The position numbers and the translations under genes were made by a program. Shown here piece after piece: positions 38,937 through 48,501 of a stretch of 64,000 nt of DNA (position 1 is its first letter; each line of letters starts with the position of its first letter). Below the pieces are notes generated by a model, which worked only from the letters and a program-made list of their open reading frames with translations, was not told where the DNA came from and ran no database searches. This DNA comes from Candidatus Egerieisoma sp. (lineage in GTDB: Bacteria > Bacteroidota > Bacteroidia > Bacteroidales > UBA932), in contig JAZSEZ010000052.1 in assembly GCA_045531975.1 (NCBI GenBank), positions 34,870-98,869 on the forward strand, in the 5' to 3' direction.

Positions 38937-39695
38937 CAAACCTGCAGATCTCTTCTTATACTCGGCAATACAAGCATCCAAACGCTCGTGAGCTGTGGTA
39001 TCACCAGGAACGTTGTGAGAAGGGTGGATATAAAGTTTAACACCTCTCTCTTCCAAAATCTCAGCAACTGTACAGATAGTCATCCAAACAGTAGTTACAG
39101 AAGCCATAGTTGAAAGAGGACCAACTTTATCCTGATGTTTCTTCAACTGGCAAGATGCGTCAACTATAGGGCAGCAAGTATCAACTACGTAGTCTGCAAT
39201 CTGGAAAAGGTTCTTTCCGCAAGAGTGGCGAGGAACTTTGTTGCCTGTCTCTGAAGCCGAACCAAATACAATAACTTTCATACCACGTTTTTTAGCCTCA
39301 AGAGCCACATCAATATTCACTGCATTGATACCGGTATGTGAGAAAATCCAAAGGACATCTTTCTCATCAAAGTTCCAGCTCTTCATAATAGACTGTCCGT
39401 AACCCTCTGCGCGCTCCAGCCACAAGAACTGATGGATACCCATCTCACCTGTAATATGTGTAAAGAATGTTAGAGGAAGCTCACAAAGAGGGTGAAATCC
39501 TACAAAACCACCAATTCTTGGATACATCTCCTCAATTGGAAGGTTAGCGTGACCGCAACCGAAAGTGTGAACCCAACGGCCTGCCTCAATGGTATCAGCC
39601 ATAACTTCAGCAACTTTTCTGATGTTCTCCATCTGAGTCTCCTCAATTTTGTCCATTACGCTAATAGCGTTCTTTTTCCATTCGTTAGCTAACAT
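38934..39695 (-). CDS. SIS (sugar isomerase) domain protein, UPF0309-like
   Basis: Has a SIS-type fold pattern (VHTFGCGHANLP, IFSHTGINAVNIDVALEAKKRGMKVIVFGS). Confidence 0.65.
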   Translation of the reverse strand: MLANEWKKNAISVMDKIEETQMENIRKVAEVMADTIEAGRWVHTFGCGHANLPIEEMYPRIGGFVGFHPLCELPLTFFTHITGEMGIHQFLWLERAEGYGQSIMKSWNFDEKDVLWIFSHTGINAVNIDVALEAKKRGMKVIVFGSASETGNKVPRHSCGKNLFQIADYVVDTCCPIVDASCQLKKHQDKVGPLSTMASVTTVWMTICTVAEILEERGVKLYIHPSHNVPGDTTAHERLDACIAEYKKRSAGL

Positions 39696-39733
39696 TTTCT
39701 TATATTTTTAAGTGTTTATAAATAGGTTTCACG

Positions 39734-40876
39734 TTATTTTTTTGATACTTTAACCGCTAGTGGCACAAGTACCACCATTACTGCCACACATACAATGAGG
39801 GTTACAGGGAGGTTTGTGAAATTGCCTCCGTCAAACTGCAAGCCCATAAACTTATTGCCCAAAGACTGTCCGCACAATCCAATGAAAAGGGCAATTGAAA
39901 ATGCTGTTCCGCTCAGATCCTTAAAGGCTCCTCCAATAAAGTTGAGCACTACAGGGAAAGTGGCTCCCACTCCAAATCCGATAAGGGCCATTGCGGTATA
40001 AACTGCAGCAGCGCTGGATGCCTCTACAAAGAACAGGATTACACCCGCAAGAGCTACACCCAAGTAAAGGTAAAGGGTTCCCAACTCCTTAAGTTTGCCC
40101 ATAATGTTTCCAAGGGGCAATCTACCTGCCAGCATTCCTATTGTAAACCAGGTCATAGCCAATGTGGCGGTAGCATTATCCATACCACCCACATTTGAAA
40201 GGTACTGCACTGTAAAGTTGCCGCTGGTTCCCTCAAAAGCACATTGGAAGAACAATACAACGGCAAAAAGTATAAGGGCAGGATATTTTAGCAATCCCAA
40301 AGATTTTGAAACCGAGACATTCTCCTGAGGTTTTGCTTTAGGAAAAGCAATGAAGAAGAATGAAATGATGAACACAGCCATAACAGCTGAAACTGCATTC
40401 AACGGAATTCTGAAATCTGGAATGAAGTAATTCATAAGAGTCCACAACAGGGCACCTATACAATAGAATGCGCCAAGCAGGCCAAGGCGTCCTCCACGTT
40501 TGTTATCATCGTAGATATCCGATACCAGTGCATTGGTTTCGCCGTTAAGGATGCCGCCACCCAAGCCCAAAAGGAAAATGGAAGCGTGAAGCAATCCTAT
40601 CTCATTGAAAGTTGCAAGCCCCTGAACTCCGGCAAGGGCACAGATAGAAGCCAGAATAAGCAGCCATTTGTAACCGAATTTGTCTACAACAGGTCCGAAT
40701 AGGATTGTACCTATTATAATACCTATAGACATTGTGGAAGGCAATGCGTTTGCCCCTTCAACAACTGCATTCAGCGGACCAAGAATAGGCCCCAAAGAAA
40801 GCATGGTTACCCCAAAAAATGACATGCCTGCACAGGCAGCTGTAAATACCAGACCGGTTGAATATTTCTTCTCCAT
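39734..40876 (-). CDS. MFS transporter
   Basis: Is 380 aa with about 12 predicted TM helices and the MFS-like loop GPVVDKFGYKW. Confidence 0.75.
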   Translation of the reverse strand: MEKKYSTGLVFTAACAGMSFFGVTMLSLGPILGPLNAVVEGANALPSTMSIGIIIGTILFGPVVDKFGYKWLLILASICALAGVQGLATFNEIGLLHASIFLLGLGGGILNGETNALVSDIYDDNKRGGRLGLLGAFYCIGALLWTLMNYFIPDFRIPLNAVSAVMAVFIISFFFIAFPKAKPQENVSVSKSLGLLKYPALILFAVVLFFQCAFEGTSGNFTVQYLSNVGGMDNATATLAMTWFTIGMLAGRLPLGNIMGKLKELGTLYLYLGVALAGVILFFVEASSAAAVYTAMALIGFGVGATFPVVLNFIGGAFKDLSGTAFSIALFIGLCGQSLGNKFMGLQFDGGNFTNLPVTLIVCVAVMVVLVPLAVKVSKK

Positions 40877-40889
40877 ATAGCCTTAAATT

Positions 40890-41849
40890 TTATTTTTCGT
40901 GCATTGATTCCCTGATAGCCAGATAACCCGCCCCATAAAGCGCAGCCTCGCCCTCAACTTTTGAAGCCCTGAATTTCACCTGTTTCATTGAAATGGGCTG
41001 TCCCCATTTGCACGCCTCATCATAAATTCTTGGGATGAATTTTTCTGCAGGACCAAAAACCCCGCCGCCAAAAATGAATCTTTCAGGATTAAAGAGGCTT
41101 ACCAGATTTGCAGCCCCCATTCCCCACATCTCAATTGCCTTGTCAAGCACCTTGCGGGCAATCAGATCCCCCTCATCATAGGCAGCAAACACATCTCTGG
41201 AAGTAACTTCTTCTATAGGTTTTCCCGATAGCGGACCGCTGTAATTCTTCTCACATCTGAGAGCCTTCTGTGCCTGCAGGGCAATGCCGTTGCCGGAAGC
41301 AAAATGCTCAAAACATCCGCAAGGGATAAAATCTTCGTGATAAGGGTTCTGAAGAGCCATCCAACCTGTAGCACCCACAATATCACTATGGCCGTGCAAC
41401 ACCCTTCCGTCAATAAGGATACCGCCACCAATACCGGTTCCAACCGCCAGATATATTACATTCTGACACCCCTTAGCACCACCTTTCCACACCTCACCAA
41501 GCACATAGCAGGTGCGGTCGCTCTCCAGACTAACTTTAATTCTCGGATTCTGAAGAGCACCCTCTATCCTCTTTTTAAGCGGGTAATTGGTCCACCCTGG
41601 AATATTGGGGGCCCACACAGTATTTTTCTTGGAGTAAACAATTCCTGGAACACATACACCTATTGCCTTCACATTCTGCCTGGGATTCCCCTCCATAAGT
41701 GAGAGTATCACTTCGTTTACAAGTTTTCCAACTTTGTCCCCTTGTGCCCCTTCAAGCAATCTGACCTCCTTGGCCTTAATGTTGCCAAAATGGTCAAAAA
41801 TAGCAGCGGCAATCTTTGTACCGCCAAGATCTACACCAATAACTGCCAT
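40890..41849 (-). CDS. ROK family sugar kinase
   Basis: Start is taken at MAVIGVDLGGTKIAAA (ATP-binding DxGGT). It has the ROK signature region with GCFEHFASG. Confidence 0.8.
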   Translation of the reverse strand: MAVIGVDLGGTKIAAAIFDHFGNIKAKEVRLLEGAQGDKVGKLVNEVILSLMEGNPRQNVKAIGVCVPGIVYSKKNTVWAPNIPGWTNYPLKKRIEGALQNPRIKVSLESDRTCYVLGEVWKGGAKGCQNVIYLAVGTGIGGGILIDGRVLHGHSDIVGATGWMALQNPYHEDFIPCGCFEHFASGNGIALQAQKALRCEKNYSGPLSGKPIEEVTSRDVFAAYDEGDLIARKVLDKAIEMWGMGAANLVSLFNPERFIFGGGVFGPAEKFIPRIYDEACKWGQPISMKQVKFRASKVEGEAALYGAGYLAIRESMHEK

Positions 41850-41933
41850 AAACTTTATATTTATCGGGAAGAATATTCCCCAAAATGCCACGCAAGATAA
41901 GAAATATTTTACATAAGTGTTTCCCCAAATGGT

Positions 41934-41941
41934 TATCTTTG
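41934..41941 (+). promoter_or_regulatory. Bacteroidota -7 box (TAnnTTTG)
   Basis: TATCTTTG lies 13 nt upstream of the ATG at 41954. Confidence 0.45.
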
Positions 41942-41953
41942 TAAAAAAAGTTA

Positions 41954-42793
41954 TTGAAAATGAAAAACTTTAAAATCCAGCTTTTGCTGCCGTTATTGGC
42001 AGTCATTTGTTCTTGCGGAGGCAATAAAAACGCTGCTCCGGTATTTGTAACTGATGAATATGGGGTTGTGGAAAAAATCAATCCCCAAAACAAGGAGGTG
42101 TATCTGGTATTTACGGGGCATTACAGCCAGGCAGACTCCGGACGGTTTGAGAATTTTGACGGCGTGGTTCCAGTCCTTAACACGCTGGAGGAGAAAGGGG
42201 TGAAAGGCTCGTTCTTCCCTACTGGTGTGTGCTTTGATGTGGAGAGATACCAGGAGCCTGTAAAACGTATAATAAACAACGGACATTACCTTTCTTCCCA
42301 TTCTTACGCGCATCTGTTGCTGTGCAGCGAGGAGGACCGCAACATCTCATTGGTAAGTGAGGATTCATTGAGGGCAGATTTTGCAATTATGGAGAACAGG
42401 CTTGAGGGGTACGGCCTTACCAAAGAACAGTATTGCTGGCTGATTCCTCCGTATGAAACCTATGACCAGAAAGCGGTGGATGTAATGAAGGATATGGGAT
42501 ACAGGCTTGTAAACCCAACCAGCGGGTTCCTTACAGGAATGGACTGGACCAGTCCGGGAACAGAGAGCTATATCTCAACAGAGAAAATCATGGAGCAGCT
42601 TTGGCAATACGAACAGGAGAATACTTTCAATGGTGTGATACTTCTTATCCACGCAATGAATTATCCCGACAGAACCGATGCCGACCGCCCTTATACATAC
42701 CTGGGTGAGATAATAGACAAACTTAAAGCAAAAGGTTACACATTCAAAAACATGTTTGATGTAATTGAGACAGAGAAGAGCAGCCTGAAATAA
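41954..42793 (+). CDS. polysaccharide deacetylase (NodB-homology) lipoprotein
   Basis: Has the lipobox LAVICSCGG and NodB-like segments (VYLVFTGH, GVKGSFFPTG, LSSHSYAH, ILLIHA). Confidence 0.65.
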   Translation: MKMKNFKIQLLLPLLAVICSCGGNKNAAPVFVTDEYGVVEKINPQNKEVYLVFTGHYSQADSGRFENFDGVVPVLNTLEEKGVKGSFFPTGVCFDVERYQEPVKRIINNGHYLSSHSYAHLLLCSEEDRNISLVSEDSLRADFAIMENRLEGYGLTKEQYCWLIPPYETYDQKAVDVMKDMGYRLVNPTSGFLTGMDWTSPGTESYISTEKIMEQLWQYEQENTFNGVILLIHAMNYPDRTDADRPYTYLGEIIDKLKAKGYTFKNMFDVIETEKSSLK

Positions 42794-42801
42794 TTGCTGA
42801 T

Positions 42802-42841
42802 AAATAAGGGCACCCTATCAGCTCCTGGGCGCCCTTATTTA
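42802..42841. terminator. bidirectional hairpin terminator between convergent genes
   Basis: AAATAAGGGC, a 19-nt loop, then GCCCTTATTT. Confidence 0.65.
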
Positions 42842-43576
42842 TAGGATTGAAAAACTCAGCCCGATATTCCAGTAAAATTTCTCCAGATACGGGTTGTATG
42901 CAACAGTGGCCGAAACTGGTATATCATAGTTCCACAATGTGAATATTCTGGTATAAGCCGCTGTAAGGTTCACCGGATAGAACCCTTTTTCATAATCTGT
43001 ATAATATCCCCTGTTTAATGAGAAACCAACTGCTGCCCCGGCGCTGTTCTTCTCATTGAACTCGTGTGTATAACCTATCTCTCCGTATGATGAGAAGGCA
43101 TTTTTACCGTTCTCCAGCTTGTCATCACCGTAAATGGTTGAACCTATAATTATGTGTATGGGAACCGCCTCCGGCTCATAATAAAGTATAACCTCTGCCG
43201 AGTGTGTAGTGGAACTGTTCCTGAAATTGAAGAAATCCGAGCCCGGTCCGGGAAAGAAATAATCTACAAGCTCTATTGTAAAGTTGCTGAATGAATAACT
43301 TACAGCAACATTAAGTTCATTGTAACTGTTATCTACAGCATATGCCCACCAGCCGTAAACATCAAAACCTCCTTTACTGAATCCCACTGTAGGATAAACA
43401 AGAGGAGCTTTTCCGTTTCCAATACCTCTCCAAATATTCTTGGTGGCGACATCCAATGTCAGATAAAACGGAGATTCTTTCTCTTCTTCCTGCGCAAAGG
43501 CAAATGCTGGAACACATACCAGCAAAATCACTAACAGCCTCTTAAAGAAGCCACCGGCAATACGTTGATACTGCAT
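42839..43576 (-). CDS. outer-membrane beta-barrel protein (TorF/Gcw_chp-like putative porin)
   Basis: The ATG start gives MQYQRIAGGFFKRLLVILLVCVPAFAFAQ. It has an alternating beta-strand pattern and a KNIWRG motif. Confidence 0.5.
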   Translation of the reverse strand: MQYQRIAGGFFKRLLVILLVCVPAFAFAQEEEKESPFYLTLDVATKNIWRGIGNGKAPLVYPTVGFSKGGFDVYGWWAYAVDNSYNELNVAVSYSFSNFTIELVDYFFPGPGSDFFNFRNSSTTHSAEVILYYEPEAVPIHIIIGSTIYGDDKLENGKNAFSSYGEIGYTHEFNEKNSAGAAVGFSLNRGYYTDYEKGFYPVNLTAAYTRIFTLWNYDIPVSATVAYNPYLEKFYWNIGLSFSIL

Positions 43577-43678
43577 TTCAATAAAATTTAAAGTGGAGTG
43601 CACCGGGCACCCTCAGGTTAAAAAATCATTCGCACCCACACCGGGGAGGTAAAAACAAAAATATAAAAAAACTGCCAA

Positions 43679-44164
43679 TTATAATTGCATCCTCTGCAAT
43701 AAAACAGTTGCATACACAGCAATTGCCTCTTCACGCCCAACAAAGCCGGCCCCCTCTGTTGTAGTGGCTTTTACAGAAACCCTCTCCACGTCAACACCAA
43801 GTACCCCTGCAAGACACTTCCTCATTGGTATTATATATGGGGCAACTTTAGGCTTCTGCAATAATATTGTGCAATCTGCATTTACAAGGGTATATCCTTT
43901 TGATTTTATCAGTTCATTTACCCTTGCAAGGAGGATTTTGCTGTCTATCCCTTTAAACTCCGCTGAATTGTCGGGAAAATGCTTTCCTATATCTCCCAAT
44001 GCCAGGGCACCCAGCATTGCATCACATAATGCGTGAATAAGGGTATCCCCATCTGAGTGGGCCACACACCCTTTTGTGTGCTCAACTTTAACTCCGCCAA
44101 GCCAGAATTCAAGCCCAGGAGCAAGCAGATGCACATCATAACCGTTTCCTACACGTATATCCAT
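43679..44164 (-). CDS. ispF: 2-C-methyl-D-erythritol 2,4-cyclodiphosphate synthase
   Basis: Has MDIRVGNGYDVHLL and AHSDGDTLIHALCDAMLGA, the zinc and substrate motifs of IspF. Confidence 0.9.
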   Translation of the reverse strand: MDIRVGNGYDVHLLAPGLEFWLGGVKVEHTKGCVAHSDGDTLIHALCDAMLGALALGDIGKHFPDNSAEFKGIDSKILLARVNELIKSKGYTLVNADCTILLQKPKVAPYIIPMRKCLAGVLGVDVERVSVKATTTEGAGFVGREEAIAVYATVLLQRMQL

Positions 44165-44220
44165 ATCTGTAATTTTTTTGTCATTAAATTGTGTTCTTGG
44201 CAAATTTAACATAAATATTC

Positions 44221-44228
44221 TATCTTTG
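44221..44228 (+). promoter_or_regulatory. Bacteroidota -7 box (TAnnTTTG)
   Basis: TATCTTTG lies 27 nt upstream of the ATG at 44255. Confidence 0.45.
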
Positions 44229-44254
44229 TTTGTTTAGAAAAAAGGAGATTTATT

Positions 44255-44536
44255 ATGGGATTTTTTCATCAACGTCAAATAAGGAAATTCAACTACCAGC
44301 CTGTATTCTATGATGAGAGGAAAGAGGCATTGAAAAACAAGATAGATGCAGCTGAAAGGGAAAAAGCAGGGCAGTATGTGCCTGGAGCAAGTATCCGCGG
44401 GTCGTTCAAGAGAATGGAGGTAGCAAAAAAAGACCTCAAGTACACCCCATTTATGAGGTTCCTCTCCATTTTGGGTATTGCAGCAGTACTTGTTGCAGCT
44501 GTGTATATGGCCCAACTTATGGGATTATTGTTTTAG
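44255..44536 (+). CDS. small membrane-anchored hypothetical protein
   Basis: A 93-aa ORF with a C-terminal TM helix (ILGIAAVLVAAVYMAQLMGLLF), directly upstream of mutL. Confidence 0.5.
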   Translation: MGFFHQRQIRKFNYQPVFYDERKEALKNKIDAAEREKAGQYVPGASIRGSFKRMEVAKKDLKYTPFMRFLSILGIAAVLVAAVYMAQLMGLLF

Positions 44537-44545
44537 GATAACAGG

Positions 44546-46450
44546 ATGCTGCAAGTTCTACCAAGTCATATAGCAAACCTTATTGCTGCCGGAGAGGTTA
44601 TCCAGCGCCCTTGCAATGTTGTTAAGGAGCTTATGGAGAATGCCGTAGATGCCGGGGCCACCTCTGTTGTTGTAATAATCAACGACAGCGGGCGTACCCT
44701 CATACAGGTAATTGACAACGGCTGCGGAATGACACCCCAGGAGGCGGCACTCTGTTTTGAGAGGCACGCAACCTCAAAAATTGCAAAACCGGAGGACCTC
44801 TATTCCATTGAAACTTACGGTTTCAGGGGTGAGGCTCTTGCCTCTGTTGCAGCCTGTGCCGATGTTACCTTAAAAACCCGCAAAGAGGGGGAAGAGTGCG
44901 GCACCGAAATTCATATTGCAGAGAGCAACATAATCTCACAAACCGAAACCTCTTGCCCGGTTGGATGCAACTTTGCAGTGAGGAACATATTCTATAACAT
45001 TCCGGCAAGGAGAAAGTTCCTCAAGTCAGACAATGTGGAATACCGTCAGATTGTAAATGAGTTCATACGTGTGGCCCTAACCCGCACTAATGTGGAATTC
45101 AGACTTATCCACAACTCAAAAGACATTTTCCACGTACAGCCTGTCTCAAACATAAAGCAGCGAATTACAGGCCTTTGCGGAAAAGATATTGCCAAAGACC
45201 TCATTACAGCACAAACAGATACAAACATTGTAAGTATAAGGGGATTCATTGGGAGACCGGAATTTGCAAAAAAGAACCAGCCGAACCAGTATCTTTTTGT
45301 AAACGGCAGATTCTTTAAAAGCCCTCTGCTCCACAAGGCAATAATTAAGGGATATGGAAATCTTATTCCCGACAGCACCTCCCCGTCATACTTCATATTT
45401 CTGGAGATTGAACCGGGGAATCTGGATGTGAACATACATCCAAGCAAAACCGAAATAAAATTTGAAAACGACAGTGTAATATTTGAAATCCTCACAGCCT
45501 GTGTTAAGGAGGCTATTGGAGAGGGTTCATTTGTACCGTCCATTGATTTTGATACAGAGGGGGCACCTGAAATTCCGGTTGTAAAAACCGGATTTGGAGG
45601 GGGAAGGCCGCTTGTTGCACCAAAAATAAACTACGATCCACTCTTCAACCCTTTTGATGAGGAGAAAAAGAACGGGGCAAGGTGGAATTCATCTGCAGAG
45701 TGGAACAACAGCCAGCAGGATTTCAATTCCACCCCTGCATTTGAGGGGAACCCGTTGTTTGAGGAGGCCCCTGTCCTGCAGAACATCAGTTCTGAATTTG
45801 GAGATGACAGCAATCAATCATTGGGAAGATACAGCAGTACAAGAGAAGATGGGTACAACGGCTTTTTTGCCCAGGAAAATGCCTGCGCAAATCCGCTGCT
45901 TGTGCTGAAAGGGAAATATATCCTTACAACTGTAAAATCCGGGCTTATGCTTATAGACATATCAAGGGCCAAGGAGAGGATCTTCTACGAAAGATATCTG
46001 CAGACAATTACCGTTGCAAACCAGCCTATACAGGAACAGATGTTCCCCGACACTATAGATTTGGATCACAACTCCTACCATATACTTATGGAGAATCAGG
46101 AATTGATAAAGGGGTTGGGGTTTGATATCCGTTCATTTGGAGAAAACTGCGTTGTTGTATACGGCACCCCTGCCACTTTTGCAGACGGGAATCTTGCTGT
46201 GAGAGAGTGCGTTGACACTCTTGTAGCAGACCTTCAGGAAATTGGCAAGGATTTTGGACTCCAACTGAAAGAAAAAATTGCGCTGGATATGGTTCACAAA
46301 TCCGGCATAACAAAACCCTCTGCTATAGGAAATGTACAGGCCCAGGAGCTTATTGATGCTCTGTTTGCCTGCAAAGAGCCTAACAGAACCCCTCAGGGGC
46401 ACCCTGTTATGGCAATAATGACTATGGAAGAGCTGGCCAACAAACTTTAA
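44546..46450 (+). CDS. mutL: DNA mismatch repair protein MutL
   Basis: Has the GHKL ATPase N-terminus IANLIAAGEVIQRPCNVVKELMENAVDAGAT, plus DNGCGM and FRGEAL. Confidence 0.9.
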   Translation: MLQVLPSHIANLIAAGEVIQRPCNVVKELMENAVDAGATSVVVIINDSGRTLIQVIDNGCGMTPQEAALCFERHATSKIAKPEDLYSIETYGFRGEALASVAACADVTLKTRKEGEECGTEIHIAESNIISQTETSCPVGCNFAVRNIFYNIPARRKFLKSDNVEYRQIVNEFIRVALTRTNVEFRLIHNSKDIFHVQPVSNIKQRITGLCGKDIAKDLITAQTDTNIVSIRGFIGRPEFAKKNQPNQYLFVNGRFFKSPLLHKAIIKGYGNLIPDSTSPSYFIFLEIEPGNLDVNIHPSKTEIKFENDSVIFEILTACVKEAIGEGSFVPSIDFDTEGAPEIPVVKTGFGGGRPLVAPKINYDPLFNPFDEEKKNGARWNSSAEWNNSQQDFNSTPAFEGNPLFEEAPVLQNISSEFGDDSNQSLGRYSSTREDGYNGFFAQENACANPLLVLKGKYILTTVKSGLMLIDISRAKERIFYERYLQTITVANQPIQEQMFPDTIDLDHNSYHILMENQELIKGLGFDIRSFGENCVVVYGTPATFADGNLAVRECVDTLVADLQEIGKDFGLQLKEKIALDMVHKSGITKPSAIGNVQAQELIDALFACKEPNRTPQGHPVMAIMTMEELANKL

Positions 46451-46454
46451 GAAG

Positions 46455-47129
46455 ATGTTTAGAGGAAATTCATTTTTGGGGAGCATACCTCCCGTTGTAA
46501 AGAACATTCTGATGATAAACGTTGTAATGTATCTCATTACAATGATTACGGGCAATTTTATGTATGAGCATTTTGCCCTGTTCTATTTCAAATCGCCGCT
46601 ATTCAAGCCCTACCAGCTTGTAACACATATGTTTATGCACGGTGGATTTACCCACATATTGTTCAATATGTACACCCTGTTCATATTTGGTTCTGTACTT
46701 GAGAGGATTTGGGGCGGACAGAAATTCCTGTTGTACTACTTTGTAACAGGATTGGGTGCAGCGTTCCTTCACCTTGGGGTTATGTATCTGCAGCTTCAGG
46801 GTTATATTGCAGAATTAAATGCAGGAAACATTTATGCACAGGCAAATATTCAGGCATTGCTTGCCACCCCTACCGTAGGTGCATCGGGTGCAATTTACGG
46901 CCTGCTGCTGGCATATGGAATGCTGTTCCCTAACAATGTGATGCAGCTGATATTCCCGCCTGTTGCCCTTAAGGCAAAATGGTTCGTACTTATTTTCGGT
47001 GCATTGGAGTTGCTGTTGGGACTGTCGGGAAGAGGAGGAGATGTAGCACATTTTGCACACCTTGGAGGTATGATTTTCGGATTCTTCCTTATCCTGTACT
47101 GGAAAAAGAATAACAGAATGTACTACTAA
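46455..47129 (+). CDS. rhomboid family intramembrane serine protease
   Basis: Has the catalytic GASGAIYG, HILFNM and a late HLGG histidine. It has six TM segments. Confidence 0.85.
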   Translation: MFRGNSFLGSIPPVVKNILMINVVMYLITMITGNFMYEHFALFYFKSPLFKPYQLVTHMFMHGGFTHILFNMYTLFIFGSVLERIWGGQKFLLYYFVTGLGAAFLHLGVMYLQLQGYIAELNAGNIYAQANIQALLATPTVGASGAIYGLLLAYGMLFPNNVMQLIFPPVALKAKWFVLIFGALELLLGLSGRGGDVAHFAHLGGMIFGFFLILYWKKNNRMYY

Positions 47130-47147
47130 TGCCTGCATCAATTTAAT

Positions 47148-48320
47148 ATGAGCAGAAAGAGAGACAGCGGGGGGAGAAAAAGGTCTCCCCTTTTGTTTGG
47201 GCTTACATTCAGGGCTATTCTGATTGTGGCCGCTGCCGCTATGCTCCTTTCATACCTTTCTGTATATGTAAATCCTTCAAAATTTGCCCTGCCGCTTTTC
47301 TTCGGCCTGTATTTTATCCCCATTCTTGCCATAAACCTGCTGTTGCTGCTGGTGGCACTGCTCCGCAGAAGTGCAAGTGCGTGGATTACAGTGGTGGCAC
47401 TGCTGCCTGCCCTGCTTTACACCGAACTTTTCTTTAAAATAGGACACAACGAGGAGGCTGAAAAAGAGGGGATAGAACTTAAAATAGAGAGCTACAATGT
47501 AGGAATGTTCTCATCTGCCCGGGGCGGCATAACCAGAGAAGAGTGCCGCAAGGAGATTGGGAAACATATTGCAAATGAGCTTCCCGACATATTATGCCTG
47601 CAGGAGTTTTTTGCAGAGAGCTATACCCAGGCCGACACCATTTACAGCCAGTATCCGTACCGCCACTATCACCTTTTCAAGGCACTGAACGGGAAACTTT
47701 TTGGAAATATCATCCTAAGCCGGTTCCCCATTGTAGAGAGCGGACGCCTGAGTTTTAAAGGGAGCACCAACCTCTCAATATTTGCAGATATTGAACACTA
47801 CGGTCGCACCCTGCGCATATACAACAACCACTTGGAATCATACAATGTATCATTCACAGCCCTTGCCCAAAAAGCGGCCCGGGCCCTTCAGGGGGAAACC
47901 ACCGAAGAAGGTGGTTCCACACCAGAGTTTTACGGCAGCAACATACTGAATGAAACAACCAGAGAAGAGCTTACGCGTGACATAGTTGAGACCCACGAAA
48001 AAATGAAAGACACCTTCATCAAGCGCTCCCAGCAGGTTGGAAAGATAATGGATGACATCAACCGCTCATCCAAACTCACAATCATCTGTGGAGACTTTAA
48101 TGACACCCCAATGTCATACACATATCACACACTGGCAAAACACCGCAAAGACACCTTCAAAGAGGCCGGCAAAGGATTTGGAGCCTCATTCGTCCCCGTA
48201 TGGCCCCTGCTCAGAATAGATTACCTCATTGTCCCCCAGGAAGCTGAGTGCCTTACCCACACCGTACACAAGATCAGTTTCTCAGACCACTACCCTGTAA
48301 GCGCAGAGATGATACTTTAA
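47148..48320 (+). CDS. endonuclease/exonuclease/phosphatase (EEP) family membrane protein
   Basis: Has N-terminal TM helices, then EEP motifs (ILCLQEF, NNHLES, GDFNDTP, SDHYPV). Confidence 0.75.
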   Translation: MSRKRDSGGRKRSPLLFGLTFRAILIVAAAAMLLSYLSVYVNPSKFALPLFFGLYFIPILAINLLLLLVALLRRSASAWITVVALLPALLYTELFFKIGHNEEAEKEGIELKIESYNVGMFSSARGGITREECRKEIGKHIANELPDILCLQEFFAESYTQADTIYSQYPYRHYHLFKALNGKLFGNIILSRFPIVESGRLSFKGSTNLSIFADIEHYGRTLRIYNNHLESYNVSFTALAQKAARALQGETTEEGGSTPEFYGSNILNETTREELTRDIVETHEKMKDTFIKRSQQVGKIMDDINRSSKLTIICGDFNDTPMSYTYHTLAKHRKDTFKEAGKGFGASFVPVWPLLRIDYLIVPQEAECLTHTVHKISFSDHYPVSAEMIL

Positions 48321-48338
48321 TACCTATCCCCCTAACCC

Positions 48339-48480
48339 GCAAGAGGTTAAGAGAACTTATACCCTTTGTGTGCGCTGTAGCACAGGTTCTCACCCTTAAC
48401 CTCAAGTAGTTCCTACAGGTTAAGTGAGTAAATCAGCTTTATATGCGCTGTGAGGCACACTATGTAGCTTAACCTCTTGG
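48339..48480. repeat. REP-doublet cluster 2 (3' flank of the RAYT-like gene)
   Basis: AAGAGGTTAAGAGAAC...GTTCTCACCCTTAACCTC, a spacer, then AGGTTAAGTGAG...TAGCTTAACCTCTTGG. Confidence 0.8.
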
Positions 48481-48501
48481 GAATACCCAAATTATTGCAA
48501 A

